A DNA stretch of 64,000 nucleotides from Ramazzottius varieornatus (lineage: Eukaryota > Animalia > Tardigrada), in contig BDGG01000004.1 of the NCBI GenBank assembly GCA_001949185.1, positions 521,620 through 585,619 of the forward strand, read 5' to 3'. Each line of letters opens with the position of its first letter. Positions within the stretch are counted from its first letter, which is position 1. This document shows, piece by piece, positions 38,750-51,803 of this stretch. The position numbers and the translations under genes were made by a program. The notes under the pieces were generated by a model. That model did no database searches, had not been told where the DNA came from, and saw only the letters and a list, made by a program, of their open reading frames with translations.

Positions 38750-39502
38750 TACCCGAAAAGTTTTACCGTCGAAAGCGATGGTTTCAGACGATGTATCGTA
38801 TGTATGGTTCGCCAGTTCGTTGACGAATGAAGTGCCATCCAGACGGCTTGAAAAGTCACGCCGTAAAATGTTTCGTACCACCTGGAAGAAATTTGAGACT
38901 GTATGTGCAACGGGACCGAGATCAGCAAGCTTGAGCGGGGGTGTGGGCGACCTGTCCCAGGAGAAGGGTGGTTGTGAACGAACTTACTGCTTCCACGGGA
39001 ATCTGCCAAACGTGGGGCCAAGATTATATGTTAGTTGCACGCTTGCTGCCCGTGGTACCGTTGTCACAGACTTACTTCCGGCACGTGGTTACAAAAAGTT
39101 CTATTGCCAGCGCTATAGCCGTATCCAGCAGTCGACTGGGCACGTTGCGGGCTAGCGTTTCCACGTCTGCGGTCAGGTAAAAGAGAGCAGGGAAAGCTTC
39201 ATACGCAATCTGTGGAAAAACAAGAGCAGAAAAATGAACAGTACGACCTCTGGATCAACGTCGGAAGCCGGCTGAAGCGATCAGGCTTACTAGGTCGTCG
39301 GTTTGGCCCATCTCTCACGTCTAACACGGAAAGTACGGTGCAAACTGAAAAGGGTGCATGAAGAAGTATACCTGAAAACGCAAGTCACGGTGCTAGATTG
39401 ACCATGACGATAACCACAGGGACCGACTGTATAGTCTGACTCGATCTTTATGCCCAGCGTTACGTTATTTTATTAAATTCAAATTGGCCTAAACGTTTGG
39501 CC

Positions 39503-39660
39503 TAAAGGCGCCTGGACTAATTATCGGCCGGGACAAACGTTTTGGCCACTGGCCGAAAGCGGCACCTCCCGGCTAAACTGACAATCAAGCGAAGCGTTGC
39601 CGCTTGGGGTCGGTGGCCAAAAACTTTGTCCCGGCCAATAATCAGGCCAGGCGCGTGTAC
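39503..39660. mobile_element. Short MITE related to the 38159 TIR family
   Basis: gcgcctggactaattatcggccgggacaaacgttttggcca / tggccaaaaactttgtcccggccaataatcaggccaggcgcgtgtac. Confidence 0.7.
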
Positions 39661-39779
39661 TGTGATACATCAACTCACGTAGTCACCGTCCGTCATATTC
39701 TTTCCATGTGCCGCGATCCGCAACTCCAAACATAATGACGTTACCTACATGTCAAGCAAACGTAGACCAAGAGAAGAAG

Positions 39780-40430
39780 GATAGAACCACGTCCACCACG
39801 ATTTCCCGGGTGATGGTGGCTCCCGCAAGTAGAAGAACGACTGAAGAACGGCAAGTATAAGACCACCAATGTTTCACACCGTTAACGATTCGATCTCGAG
39901 TGCAGCACAGTCATACGGTCTACCTCCAGCAGTGGATGCCACCCTGAGCAGACACCGGGTGAGCTCCGTCGAGTACCCTGCAACTCCGCTGTTGAACCGG
40001 GCAGTCCTGATTGCATAGTTGTGCGAAGTTTGCTTCAACAGCTGGCTTAACGCGGCACACGGTATAGTGTAAAAGATGATTTCTTGGTCATTCAGGTCGC
40101 AGAGCAAGAAAATGGTCGGCCAGCTGAATTTCTCCAAAATTACCATCTGGAACGTGTTCATCACTGCGCTGTCGGAAGCGCTCATCGATATAAAGCTACG
40201 GTATTGCTTCTTGTTCCACAACTGTGTTCCAGTCCCAGCTCTTCGAACACTAAGTCAAATTAGATTATGGCGGAACAGAGCGCTATCTTAATTCAACATC
40301 GAGTATTATCCGTACATTGAGAACACTGGCATATTCAGTTCTACGAGAAAATCCAACGGTAAGTTTGAGGTCTACTTATTTTTTGGTTTCGACGGGTCAA
40401 TCATCTCACCTGGCAGTAATCTAGCAACTT
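39780..40430 (-). pseudogene. Fragment of another rGC-type ectodomain gene
   Basis: ORF 39874-40221 (KKQYRSFIS...ILEKFSWPTIFLLCD...RFNS) parallels exon 28339-28788; no complete gene reconstructed. Confidence 0.5.
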
Positions 40431-41147
40431 CAAACACGGCACCTATACAGTCTGGGGGAGGCAAATTGATTTGATGTGAACAAAGGTGGAAAAGCGGACT
40501 TATTTGATTGAACGAATCGTCTTTCCGAACACCATTCTTCGCCAAGACGATTTCAAAACTCTTCCGATTTATCGTTCGGAATTGAGTGTGACACTGCGGA
40601 AGTGTGGTATGATCATCCGCCTGGACTCGCTCTTTGGCGACCTGACTCCACAGTGCGCTTCTTCACATTTCGTCAGCGGCTAGACGATTTTGTCCACAAA
40701 CTTATCACAAGGTTCGTCTCATTTGGACAGTACACAATGGCATTGTAGTCCTATTGCACTCTAAAATCTTTCGTAGTTACGCATGGAAAACACTTGGGTT
40801 CTTGTTTTGTGGTTTGTAGGTCTGATCCGGAAAACCAAGACGCATTGAACCGCTACCTCACTGGCGACTTAGCTGTAGAAGTAAACTTCCTGGTTTTTCA
40901 ACACCTCTTACAATTTCGCAAAGTTGTCAGGAAGTTACCTCACATTTCTTATTCCGAAACTGAGCCCTCGAACAAGACAACGTCCACTTCATCCTGAAAC
41001 AGTCGAGTCGCGCAGCTATCGAAACCACCTTCTGCACAAAAACTGCATGCAATTTTACTGCTCCATTTCCTGGCCCTTTTTCGCACAGCCAATTTCTGTC
41101 TCCCCGAACATAAAGGCAATAGATAAAGCTAAACCAAAAAACATGTG

Positions 41148-43110
41148 TCACTCTACTAAGTAGTGATCAGGTAAGGCAGTACAAGTATCAAGGTATGCCC
41201 AGGCCATCTCGCTGACCACACTACGATCCGGTACACTTTGCGCCATACCATAGATAGCTGCCATACCGGATGTCTTTTCACCCGGGTTCTTCACTATTTC
41301 TTCCACACATTCCCTCACATCTTGCAAGAACCGCTCGACCACACCGGGAGCAGTGTGGTTGCGAGTCACACAAATGTGGACGCTGGATGGGAACTGTAGG
41401 GCGTTGAGATTCCACCCGCGCTTCCCCATGGCGTCACTCAGCCTGTAGATGTTAAAGCTGTTGGAGCAAAAGCTTATCACACTGACTTCTGGTTGTCCCA
41501 GTATGCTGATGTGCTCGACCTATTAACCCAAATGAAAATTACTCCTCTGGAGAAAACAAAACTGGAAGTGAAACCGGAACTTACCTGACGTAAGCCTTGT
41601 TCGAGCCTTCTCGCGGTCTCAATGATTTCTCTGGTGGCTTGGAGGTAACCATCTTGGCCCATGTAGAGTATAACGGCCCATGTGGTAGCGATGGAAGCTC
41701 CCACACGACTGCCACTCAGACTGGGAGACGCGTAGATGCCACCAGGCCAGTCTGGTGCGACAGCGTACTGATGGTGAAGGTACTCGTCACTTCGGTACAT
41801 GATCACCGACGACCCTTTCGGTGAGTATGCATACTGAAAGAAAACAGAAGCATGCTAAAAGAACTCAGATTATAGGGAGATGACGAGATCGGCTTACCTT
41901 GTGGGTATCGGCTGATATACTGGTAACACCTTTCAGCCGGAAGTCGAACGGGAGTAACGGGAAACCAGCTTTGTCCATGAAAGGCAGGAGGAAGCCACCG
42001 AGACAGCAGTCGACATGGACCGGGATGGAGTACTTCAGACCAAGGCGGGAAACTTCCTCGACCGGGTCAATGATACCGTGTGGGAACTGAGGAGCGGAAG
42101 CGACCAGCATGCAGGTGCGACTGCTGATGGCTCGCTCCATGGCTCTGATGTTCAGTTTACAGGTGACGGAGTCTACTGGAATGTGCTTGATGCGAATACC
42201 TAGGTATTCGGCTGCCTTGTCGAAGGCTGCGTGCGCGGTGACAGGCGCTACACTACACAGAAGGAAGAAAGTATTTATGCAGTGCAATGCAACTGTAGCG
42301 GAAGAACGCAGAAACTTATTGATACATGAAGGGCTTCGTTATTCCGAGCGAGAATGCGCGATCCCGGTAAGCTTTGCAAGCCATGAGGATACTTTCAGTA
42401 CCGCCCGATGTCATCTACAGGAAAAGAACGCTACGGAAGTTTGAACGGGAAGAAGAAAAGGCCAAGGACGTACCGAGCCACAGCTGTCGGAGTTGCCGTT
42501 GAACAGCGTGCACGTCATGCGTATCACCTCGGCTTCCATCTGCCGAACTGCGGGGAAGACGTCAGGGTGAAGTGGATTCGACCAAGCGAACCTGGAATAA
42601 ACTTCGGTAACTAGTTTGGTCAAGTCGTCCGATCCAGAGTAAACAGTCCCAGAAAGCTTGTCCCATTCCTTTGTTTCTGCAAGAAATTAGGCGTTTGCAT
42701 CTGACTAAGCTGGTGAAACAGCAGGTGGGCGGAGTTATTTGACTGTTGATTTGTTTACCTGCGGATTTATATTTGACAGCTAAATCCAGCACATCCTTCG
42801 CACTCCTGCTGGACGGAAGCTCTCGTATCGGACGAATATCCTTGTGGAGAGGCTTGAGCATGTCATGCTCGATGCGCTCTTTGGACGACTGGAATTCACG
42901 AGCAATCTTGTCGCGTACGGCGGGAATTTTGCGAGCCAGACGAAGCCCGAATTTTTTGCCACGATGGAATAAACTGTCATCTTGCCAGAGGAACTTGTAC
43001 AAAAAAATGGAAATGCATGTGGCAGTAACGCTCAACGCCACGATTTGCCATGGAAGTAGGTGAGCGAGGAGGTGATCCAAAGGCTCCAAGACAAATTTGT
43101 CGACGATCAT
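41148..43110 (-). CDS. SGPL1: Sphingosine-1-phosphate lyase, multi-exon; start may extend to small exons near 43270
   Basis: [43 protein letters not shown]-lysine [25 protein letters not shown]. Confidence 0.96.
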
Positions 43111-43343
43111 TCTTGAACCTGCAAAGTGAGATTTGCAGTGACAACAGACTGACAACGAAAATGTTGTTCTGTTTGACAATGCATCGACCTACCCTTCTTC
43201 GAATGGTTATCTGTAGCATGCCACGTTACTCACGCCTTCGTTGTGACTCCAGATCACACTGGCAGGCCATGATCCATTTATCCAGCAGCTTTTTCAATTT
43301 TCATCGGGAAAAAGTCATCCAACAGTTCAAACTCAAGTACAGT

Positions 43344-43529
43344 ATATAGATTGCGAGCGACAGCGCACTAGCACAATTCGATACGCACAGGAACATCGTG
43401 ACATCATACGTAAAGATTGGCGCGACTCTTTTAACACAGAGCCTACAAGACGAACTTGTTCCTATGATGTCACGTTGTTCCTATGCGTATCGAATTGTGC
43501 TAGTGCGCTTTCGTTCGCATTCTCTATGG
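43344..43529. mobile_element. Second copy of the ~185 bp MITE, between divergent SGPL1 and ZCCHC10
   Basis: agattgcgagcgacagcgcactagcacaattcgatacgca / tgcgtatcgaattgtgctagtgcgct. Confidence 0.8.
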
Positions 43530-43828
43530 TATATAGTACTCAACTTGAATCGCGTCGCGTTGAATGGTCAATCAACCATCAAACGGGCGGAGCGGTAAAG
43601 AACGGCAGCGGAGCGAAATAGAATGGTGAGTGTGTGGAGGGTTCGCTGTGACGGCTCCGAACTCGCTTCGTTAAATTAATTACCTCCAGAGTCCAGACTC
43701 CAGTCATTGTTTACAATTACGAATATTCCATGATCTCAAAATCAAAACACTTCCGCCACAATCCACATATTCTGAAAACACTGGTCTTCACTGACGTTTG
43801 ATAAGCTGACTTCGTGGAAGCAATAGTC

Positions 43829-44572
43829 ATGGCTCCTCTCGCGAATCCTGGAACGGTGATGACAAGGATGTTTCTCAACAGGAAAGCGTAAGTGAATACT
43901 ATCCGCCTTACCGCCTCCCATATTTTTTCCCTACAGATGCTCAGCAAGCATCGCTTGATTTGTTGATAATTTTGTCGCAGACAACCACCAGCGGAAAGCA
44001 TCAAGTGTCAGAAATGTCTGCAAATGGGTACGTTTTTTTCTCGATGCTCGCTGTTCTTTGCGGAGAGTACTGGAAGATCTGACGGTTGTTTTCACAGGAC
44101 ATTGGACTTACCAGTGCACAAATCCTCCCAAGTATCTATCAAGAACGACAAAAACGACGGAGTTGAAGAAGGACATCCGTCGCCGCGAGGAGGAGGCCAA
44201 AGTCGAAAAAATGTACGTATGAAATCTATTGTGAGCTTCAAAGGTGTGAATCTCTTTGAATATGCTTTCTTGTGTTACAGGAAACTGATCGCCGAAGCTT
44301 CTCAGAAGAAGAGGCGTGACGATAGCAGCTCGTCAAGCTCCGACTCTGATTCTTCCTCCTCCTCCTCCTCCTCCTCGTCCTCCAGTTCAGACTCTAACAG
44401 CGCGAAGAGAAAACGCCCGAAGCGGAAATACAAGAGACCGAATACGTCGTCTTCCTCTTCAAGTTCCTCCTCGTCAGGCTCCGACTCCGAAGGCACGAAA
44501 GCTCACGATGCAGATGAATTAGATGCTGATCAGTCTGTACTCATCAAACGCAAAGAAATCAACGATGATTAG
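43829..44572 (+). CDS. ZCCHC10: Zinc-knuckle CCHC domain protein 10; exons 43829-43887, 43981-~44027, 44098-~44213, 44281-44572
   Basis: Spliced: MAPLANPG...IKCQKCLQMG|HWTYQCTNPPKYLSRTTKTTELKK...poly-Ser SSSDSDSSS tail; knuckle is split by an intron and absent from the ORF track. Confidence 0.88.
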
Positions 44573-45334
44573 TTATCATTTCAGTATTCACACTGTCGTT
44601 ACTTTTTCTTGGCCTTCGGTGTCATACTCAACACAAGGTTTTACTTTTCTTTATCGTTTTATGGTTCAAGGGCACTTCTGGTCCAGGGTTTTCTTTACAC
44701 GAACAGAATGCTGCTCCCGCTGAGAAGGGCGCAGGTTCTGGAACTTTTGGTTCTTGGATTTCTTTTGCGATGTCGGAAAATTTGTACAGTGGATGACGTC
44801 ATATGAACGCCACAGCGTCTTGATAAAATGTGCTAACTCGTAATGCAGCGATTCCACTTCATCACGGAGAACCACTACGGAGCTCCGTAATGAGTGATTC
44901 TACTTTCGATCATTTCGAGTCGGTAGTCCCTGTTATATTCCCGTAGACTACTACGGCGGTCCTGTGTTATTCTATATCCGTTCTGCAAACTGAACGAAAT
45001 AATTTTCCGAAACGCAGCGCCGGAAGACATAAATTAATGAGTCAATATGGAAGGATTGTATATTATTGTATTCGTTGTGAATTTATGATAATTAAGTATA
45101 TATACTCGAATGAGAGGAATATAAATATAGAACTTTCGACAAGAAATTACGACAGTTATGAGGCATATTCTACTTCCTCGTTCCAGCCAGTAATCAGAAA
45201 TACGTGATGGGTCCGGAGATTTCTCCTCTCCCGAGATGACTTTTTCCGTGATGGTTTTTTCCAATTATGGTAATGGAAAATTTTCGTAAAGAGCAACAAC
45301 GCGCCAGTTACGAGAAGTGGAATCGCTGCATAAG

Positions 45335-45537
45335 AGTACGGACGGGAAATTTTGGGGCCAGTGAAAATTATGGGATCAGGCGGAAAAGACGGCAAGATGG
45401 AAATTCAAACGTGGGAAAGTGTCCAAAAGTGCCTTTCTATGAATCTGCCTCGTACGTACGTGTTTCCGTGCCGCCGTAGCGAAAAGGCCTGGTCCCGTAG
45501 TTTTCACAGGCCCCATAATTTCCCGTCGTGCGTGTAC
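45335..45537. mobile_element. ~200 bp MITE upstream of furin, right end GCGTG|TA like the 38159 family
   Basis: gacgggaaatttggggccagtgaaaattatgggatcagg / cctggtcccgtagttttcacaggccccataatttcccgtc. Confidence 0.65.
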
Positions 45538-46173
45538 GGATTGATGCGCAACCATCTTACAGTTTGTTCGCGTCTTCAGCCGAACTCAAGAAACCAGGCT
45601 AAGTTAGAATTGATTGTTAGAACACTTTGCCTTCAGTTTTGACGATAACGCTCGCCAACTCGTCAGACAGGAAGGAAGATTCATAACATTCCTCGCCATC
45701 CTTCTCATCGGTCTATTCTACACGTACAGTACACGTACCGCTCTCTCGATTCTCGAAAAACTGGTTATTTGAATAGTTCCTCGAAGATGTAAAGATTCAG
45801 GTGAGTTTTTGTCTGCACACGCCGTTCAGCAAACCGTGGCCGGTGAAAGGTGCGAGAATCCACCAGTCTCGACTTTCGAGTCTCGATCAAGCATTTCACT
45901 TTCGCAGTTGATTGGCTTGATTGGTGCAATCGCGACGCAACCGATCGCCTCGTTATCAGATTCTGCGGAAGTGGTTACAACTTGTAATTCATTCCTTATC
46001 TCGTGCCCTCTCTGCTGCTGAATCCGTTATCCGGATGTTTACCTTGGTATGCTAAAATTCCTTACGGACAGTGTAACGAACGTGCTTGTTGACTTTGTGG
46101 ACACTTAGACACGTGTTGCCAGATGGAAACAATCTGCGGAGGAATTCTCCATATGCTATAGCTGCCTTTCGAA

Positions 46174-49100
46174 ATGGACCTCTTCTCCTGTCTTTCACTG
46201 CTGCTCTGGCAGATATTTATTCCTTTATTTCAAGCTGCCAACGTCACGGTACCCATTGGGCTCTCAAACCAGATTGCCGTTAGAATTGAGGGTGGTGTGG
46301 ACAAGGCCAAGGAGATTGCCAGGAGGCATCACTGCGAATTTATCGGACAGGTAATTCCGTATTACTTGAAATGTGGCAGGCCATACTGTACCACTTTTAT
46401 AGTCAGTGCAGCTTACGTCCGCTCGTCGCGTGACATTCTGTTGCCTGACATATTCCGTTTGCTAAGTTATTCTACGAGAAATCCTTTTGTCGCCACAGAT
46501 TGGAACTCTGGACGACCATTATCTATTCGAACACGATCGGATATCGCGGCGGTTTGCGGAAGACAGTACTCCGGCGCATGAAAGACTGAAGGACGATCCA
46601 GAGGTAATTTCCTGTCCGTGTTGGAATATTTTTGAAAGGTGGAAGAATTCTCTTGTGTACGTTTCTGATTCTTCCATTTTTTTCAGGTTCTTTGGCTCGA
46701 GCAGCAAACGGCGAAAGTGAGAGTAAAGCGTGACTTTAATGGATTCAATTTTGGCAATTTGAAGATGCAGTTGGATGAGCTGAGCTCAGCGAACAAGGCC
46801 AGCAACATGGCACACAACTCATTTGTTGAGTTTGCTTTCAAAGATCCTTTCTATCCTCAGCAGTGGTATTTGGTGAGTCTATTTTGAATGGCTTAATCAC
46901 TGTTTATGCTCCATTTCCGGCCATTCGTTAGCAAGACTGTTTATGATAGTCAAGTTTGTAATTTGACAGCACAAGGGCGCACATGGCGGCTTCGATATGA
47001 ATGTGGAAAAGGCTTGGCGCCGAGGATACTCAGGCAAAGGCGTCTCCATCAGCATCTTGGACGATGGAGTCCAGCCCGACCACCCGGATCTTGCCGAAAA
47101 CTATGTAAAGTATCTATCCACAATCTTCCTGAAGTTTTACTAGCCACAGTAATACATTGCGAGTTTTTACTCCTCGTAGGATAGTTTTATGTTGATTCGC
47201 CGTAATTTCAAAAAATTAATTTAGTTGCCAGTTCACTGTCGAATTATTAGCTTCGACTCTGTCATGACGCTTCGTGAAACGAACCCTGTTGTGCTAGTAT
47301 TTTGCAGTCGCGAAGTTAGATTTCCGCGTGAGAGTGTTTTTTCGGACTTTTCCCATCAATTGGCAGCCAGAGAAACAAAACGCACAAGATTGTTGTCTCA
47401 AGTGGCGCACATTGCCGTTGTTTCTGGCAGGAAAGATGCGCCACTGGAGATGGCGATCTTGTTTGCTCAGCTCCTACTTTTATCGACTGAATTTATCTTC
47501 GGGGGATTTTTGTTTTAATTTTCAGGATTTATTTTTCTAGGATCCTCAGGCTAGCCTGGATATTAATGGCAAGGATAACGATCCCACACCCACCGATGAC
47601 GGCAACAATAAGCACGGCACACGCTGTGCGGGCGAGGTGTCGGCCGTCGCCGGAAATGACGTTTGCGGAGTGGGAATTGCTTTTCATTCCTCCATCGGCG
47701 GTAAGGGGTCGTCCACCAATAAAACGTCGTTTACTCATCATTAACATCGCTCACATCCATAAATTTCGATTTAATCTTGACTGTTGGTCTTTATGGGTTT
47801 GCGTTGAAACAGGTGTGAGGATGCTTGATGGAGAGGTGCACGACAGCGTCGAGGCTACCGCTCTTAGCCTGAATCCTCAGCACATCCATATTTACAGCGC
47901 CAGCTGGGGACCCAACGATGATGGACAAACTGTCGACGGGCCGGGACCGCTGGCGAAACGTGCATTCGAGAACGGCATCAAACTCGTACGTCATTCCTTT
48001 CCGAATTTTTTCTTGAATCTCCTCGAGTTTTCCTGTGCAAAGCAATTCTGAAAAACGTAATTCCGTGAGATTCCAGAAAAAAATGTGATTCCCATAAACC
48101 AAGGAACCTTGAAGTAATTATAGGAAATATCGGAACACGACAACATGACGAAAGAATGGCATACAAACAAACTCGATGCTGCTGGCCGGCCGCGTGCGCC
48201 ACTTTGAAAAACGATCGTACCGATTTTAATTAGTGGCGCATGTTACCGATATTATTGGCTGGAAGCATGCGTCACTTGAAAGAACAGTGTCGAATTTATT
48301 TGCTTAGGTCTTAAAATCAATATGCAAGTAAAAAAGCCATAGGGGAGAACTAGATGACGAATTAAGCTACTGAACAAACTTGTTGAGTATTCGGGTGGTT
48401 TCCCAGGGTCGCAAGGGACTAGGCTCGGTCTTCGTCTGGGCTTCCGGTAACGGCGGCAAGAGTCAGGACAGTTGTTCATGTGACGGCTACACGAACTCCA
48501 TCTACACCATTAGCGTCTCCAGTGCCGCACAGGATGGCTCGCGACCCTGGTACCTGGAAGAGTGTCCGTCAACACTAGCCACTACCTACAGCAGTGGCAG
48601 CGCTCTCCAGCCCTCCATCGTCACAACCGACCTATACATGCCCAACAACGGCATGCACGCCTGCACCAACAAGCACACCGGGACCTCGGCGTCCGCGCCT
48701 TTGGCAGCCGGTATCATTGCGTTGGCGCTGGAAGCCAACCCGATGCTGAATTGGCGGGATCTGCAGTATATAACGATCCTGTCGGCCAGACCCGAACCGT
48801 TGGTCCACGGCGATGAGAACTGGTCCGTCAACGGAGTCGGCAGGAAAGGTACTAGTAAGCAAAGATGCGTTTTCTTCCCGATGACCATTCGAGAATCTGT
48901 AGTTGAGCCGATATTAATCTTCATCTTGAATATTTGTAGTGAGTAACCGCTTTGGTTACGGTCTCATGGACGCCGACAAGATGGTACAGCTGGCTGAAAA
49001 ATGGATAACCGTCCCGGAACAGCACATCTGCTATACTCAACAGTATGCTCAAAGAGTGTAAGTTCTTATACAAGATAAAATAATAACAGAAGTCTCGAAA

Positions 49101-51299
49101 GAACCTATTTAAATCAATTTTCCATACGGAGATCAGTTTAAGCATTACAAATAGACCTAACTTATAGACAACAGAATTTATCGGGAGAAGTCGATATCTG
49201 CAACGTTTTTATGCGATGTGTTAGAGGATTCGAAAGGGGGCGAAACCAGAGTTGAACTAACAAGTGTCGCGGTCTCCGCAGGAATATGGTACGGGGTCGT
49301 CTTTCCGTGGATATTCCTTCGGACGGTTGCCAGAACAGTCCGAACGGAATAATGTTCCTGGAGCACGTGCAGGTCGTCCTCTCCATTCAAGCCTTACACC
49401 GTGGCAGCGTTGTCATTAAGCTGACATCTCCTATGGGAACCACCAGCGTGATGCTTCCTCCCAGACCGCTGGATACCAGCAGTCAAGGCTTCAGCCTGTG
49501 GCCTTTCATGAGTGTGCAGTTCTGGGGAGAGAACCCCGCAGGTACTTGGCATGTCGACATCCAAGAAAGCTCCTTCGACCCGAAATTGGGCAGCTCGCAG
49601 ATCATGTTGACTGCTTGGTCCATGGTGCTGTATGGAGTTTCCGAAGATCCTCTGATCAACCAAGTCAAGTAAGTACCGGCAGAGGAACCATGTCAACATA
49701 TGCCTGATATAAGCAGCTCGGTATCGGTAAACTTGACAAGATCGTTTTCCCGAGTGGCGCACGCGTCCCCAACCAATAACACTGAGAATGTGCGCTACTT
49801 GCGAGAGGATCTGTGGAGTTTGCCGAGCTTCCGTTTCGCGCAATGACCTTTGACGATACTGTATGTTTACTGCTGACTAAAATAAGTCTCGTGTGGAAAC
49901 TTAGGGACGAATATTTTCTGAAAGCTTGCTTGCAATCTTTATAGATGTTTGAATTTAAGTATTAACTTTGAATTTGGTTTTCAGGTTGACGGCTTCAAGG
50001 GATCGTCAAGGTTCCGCCGTCTCGTCCGGTGCCTCCACCCTTCGTCCTTCCATTCCGTCCACTTCCGTCACCTCCTCACCGCAGTCCACGCTGAACTGCC
50101 ACCTCTCCTGCAAGACATGTCATGGCTCACGCTACGACGAGTGCAGTAGCTGTTTTGGCGGCTATTACTTTCACAACTCGCAATGTCTCCTCTCCTGTCC
50201 CAACGGCTTCTTTCCAGTCAACACTACCTTTACTTGCAGTTCCTGTCCGGCCAAGTGTACGTCCTGCTTGTCGGACTCAACATGTCTGACGTGTCAAGCG
50301 GGTTATGTCCTCGAGAAGGGCCAGTGTAACGCTTTGCATCCCGCTGTCGACGATGAATGCTTGCGTGGTACGTGTTATAACACCGTCCATCTTTCACTTT
50401 CCTCTCCCCGATTTCCGTTAATCTATCAATATCCGTACTCATCTGCACCCCGCTTACAAATCCTTCCCTTGATCATCTCAACAGTTCTTCTAACAGTAAC
50501 GCTCTGGTAACGCTTGGTAACAGCATGTAATAAGGGTTACCCTGGTAACCATCGCCAAGGTGGTACTTGCATGACGTTACCTCAGTCTTTTCATGCGTTA
50601 CTTTGTTTTCATTATTGTTATCTCATTCCATCTCACTCTAATAGTCAACTTTGTGAGCCATAAGTGTACGGTTACATGGTGGCCTCATGGTGTTACCTGG
50701 ACGTTACTCATGTTAGCGGGCGTTACCAGCGTTACTTCCTGTTTTTCGGTGAGGTGTTAAAGTAAGCGTGGCTTTTGCCCACGTATTACGTGCGTTTGCT
50801 GGCAGTGGGGTGACGCGGACTTTCTTTTGCAGGTTTCTTCTTTGATCATCGAGCGACCAAATGCAAGCCTTGTCATACCGACTGCGCCACCTGTACGGGA
50901 CCACTCGTGACCGACTGCCTCACTTGTAAGTCTCCTAATGTCCTCTACGGAACGTGCATGGCCTTCTGTCCGAACAACTTCACAGTGGTCAACGGCACCT
51001 GTGTTCCGGTCAGAACACATGGACCTCATCGCGCCCACCTGAACGAGGGAATCATGAAGCCCAGTGGGACGTTCTTCCTAACAGCCACCATAGCCTGTAT
51101 AGTCGTCATCAGTATCGGGCTGGTGGTGTTCTGTGTACTGCAAGCAGCTTCAGACAGTCGAAGAAAGAGGAAAGGTGGAGTGGCGAGCGGAGCTAAGTAT
51201 GAGAAGGCTCCGACGAGGAGTAACGGCGATGTGACGGATTCCGATGAGGAAGTTGAGACGTTCTCGAGAAGGAGGTTATCAGATGCCTTGAACACGTGA
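46174..51299 (+). CDS. furin: Furin-like proprotein convertase (signal, prodomain, S8 catalytic, P, Cys-rich, TM, cytosolic tail), ~11 exons
   Basis: RVKR cleavage site, ILDDG (Asp), [11 protein letters not shown] (His), ASGNGG (Asn), HTGTSASAP (Ser), [18 protein letters not shown] repeats, TM, acidic cluster TDSDEEVE. Confidence 0.93.
47363..47470. repeat. Intronic palindrome family copy 9 (furin intron)
   Basis: acaagattgttgtctcaagtggcgcac...atgcgccactggagatggcgatcttgtttgc. Confidence 0.75.
48165..48305. repeat. Intronic palindrome family copy 10 (furin intron, rearranged)
   Basis: gtgcgccactttgaaaaacgatc then agtggcgcatg...atgcgtcacttga. Confidence 0.6.
49722..49827. repeat. Intronic palindrome family copy 11 (furin intron)
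   Basis: aaacttgacaagatcgttttcccgagtggcgcac...gtgcgctacttgcgagaggatctgtggagtttgccgagc. Confidence 0.78.
50496..50735. repeat. Intronic foldback built of GTAAC/GTTAC motifs (furin intron)
   Basis: gtaacgctctggtaacgcttggtaaca... mirrored by ...gttagcgggcgttaccagcgttac. Confidence 0.6.
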
Positions 51300-51803
51300 T
51301 ATTATGAATCTTTAAGCTGTATTTTATCCTACATATTACATAATCCCAGTGATATTTCGACTACCTTCTTTTATACTTTACACAGAGGTCTTTATGGTCA
51401 TGATGACTGTCTCATAAGTACTTCCTGTTTTTTTAAAGGCATTTGATGCAGAAACGTTGATCGTTTTGAAGAGACCATGTTGTGAATCGGCAAAAAGACT
51501 CTTCGGAATTTATTCGATTTTTCGGGATAGACCCACAACATAAGTTCACAACGACGATGTATTTGCCATGTGCGCGCTGAAGATGCCCGCAGGAACTTGC
51601 CTGAAGGGGGACAACTCATGCAGGCCAAACCTGTGGTAGTCCCCACTCGAAATGAGTAGGAGTGCCAAGCGTGGCTGCTTCGGCTGTACATTTTTTACAG
51701 AACTAGAGTATACGTTAAGTTGTATGCGGGTTTGAGATGCATTCGCCAGGACGCAGTAGCAGCCAGGAATCTAACAATGAAACGGACCATTGTGAACGCG
51801 GAA

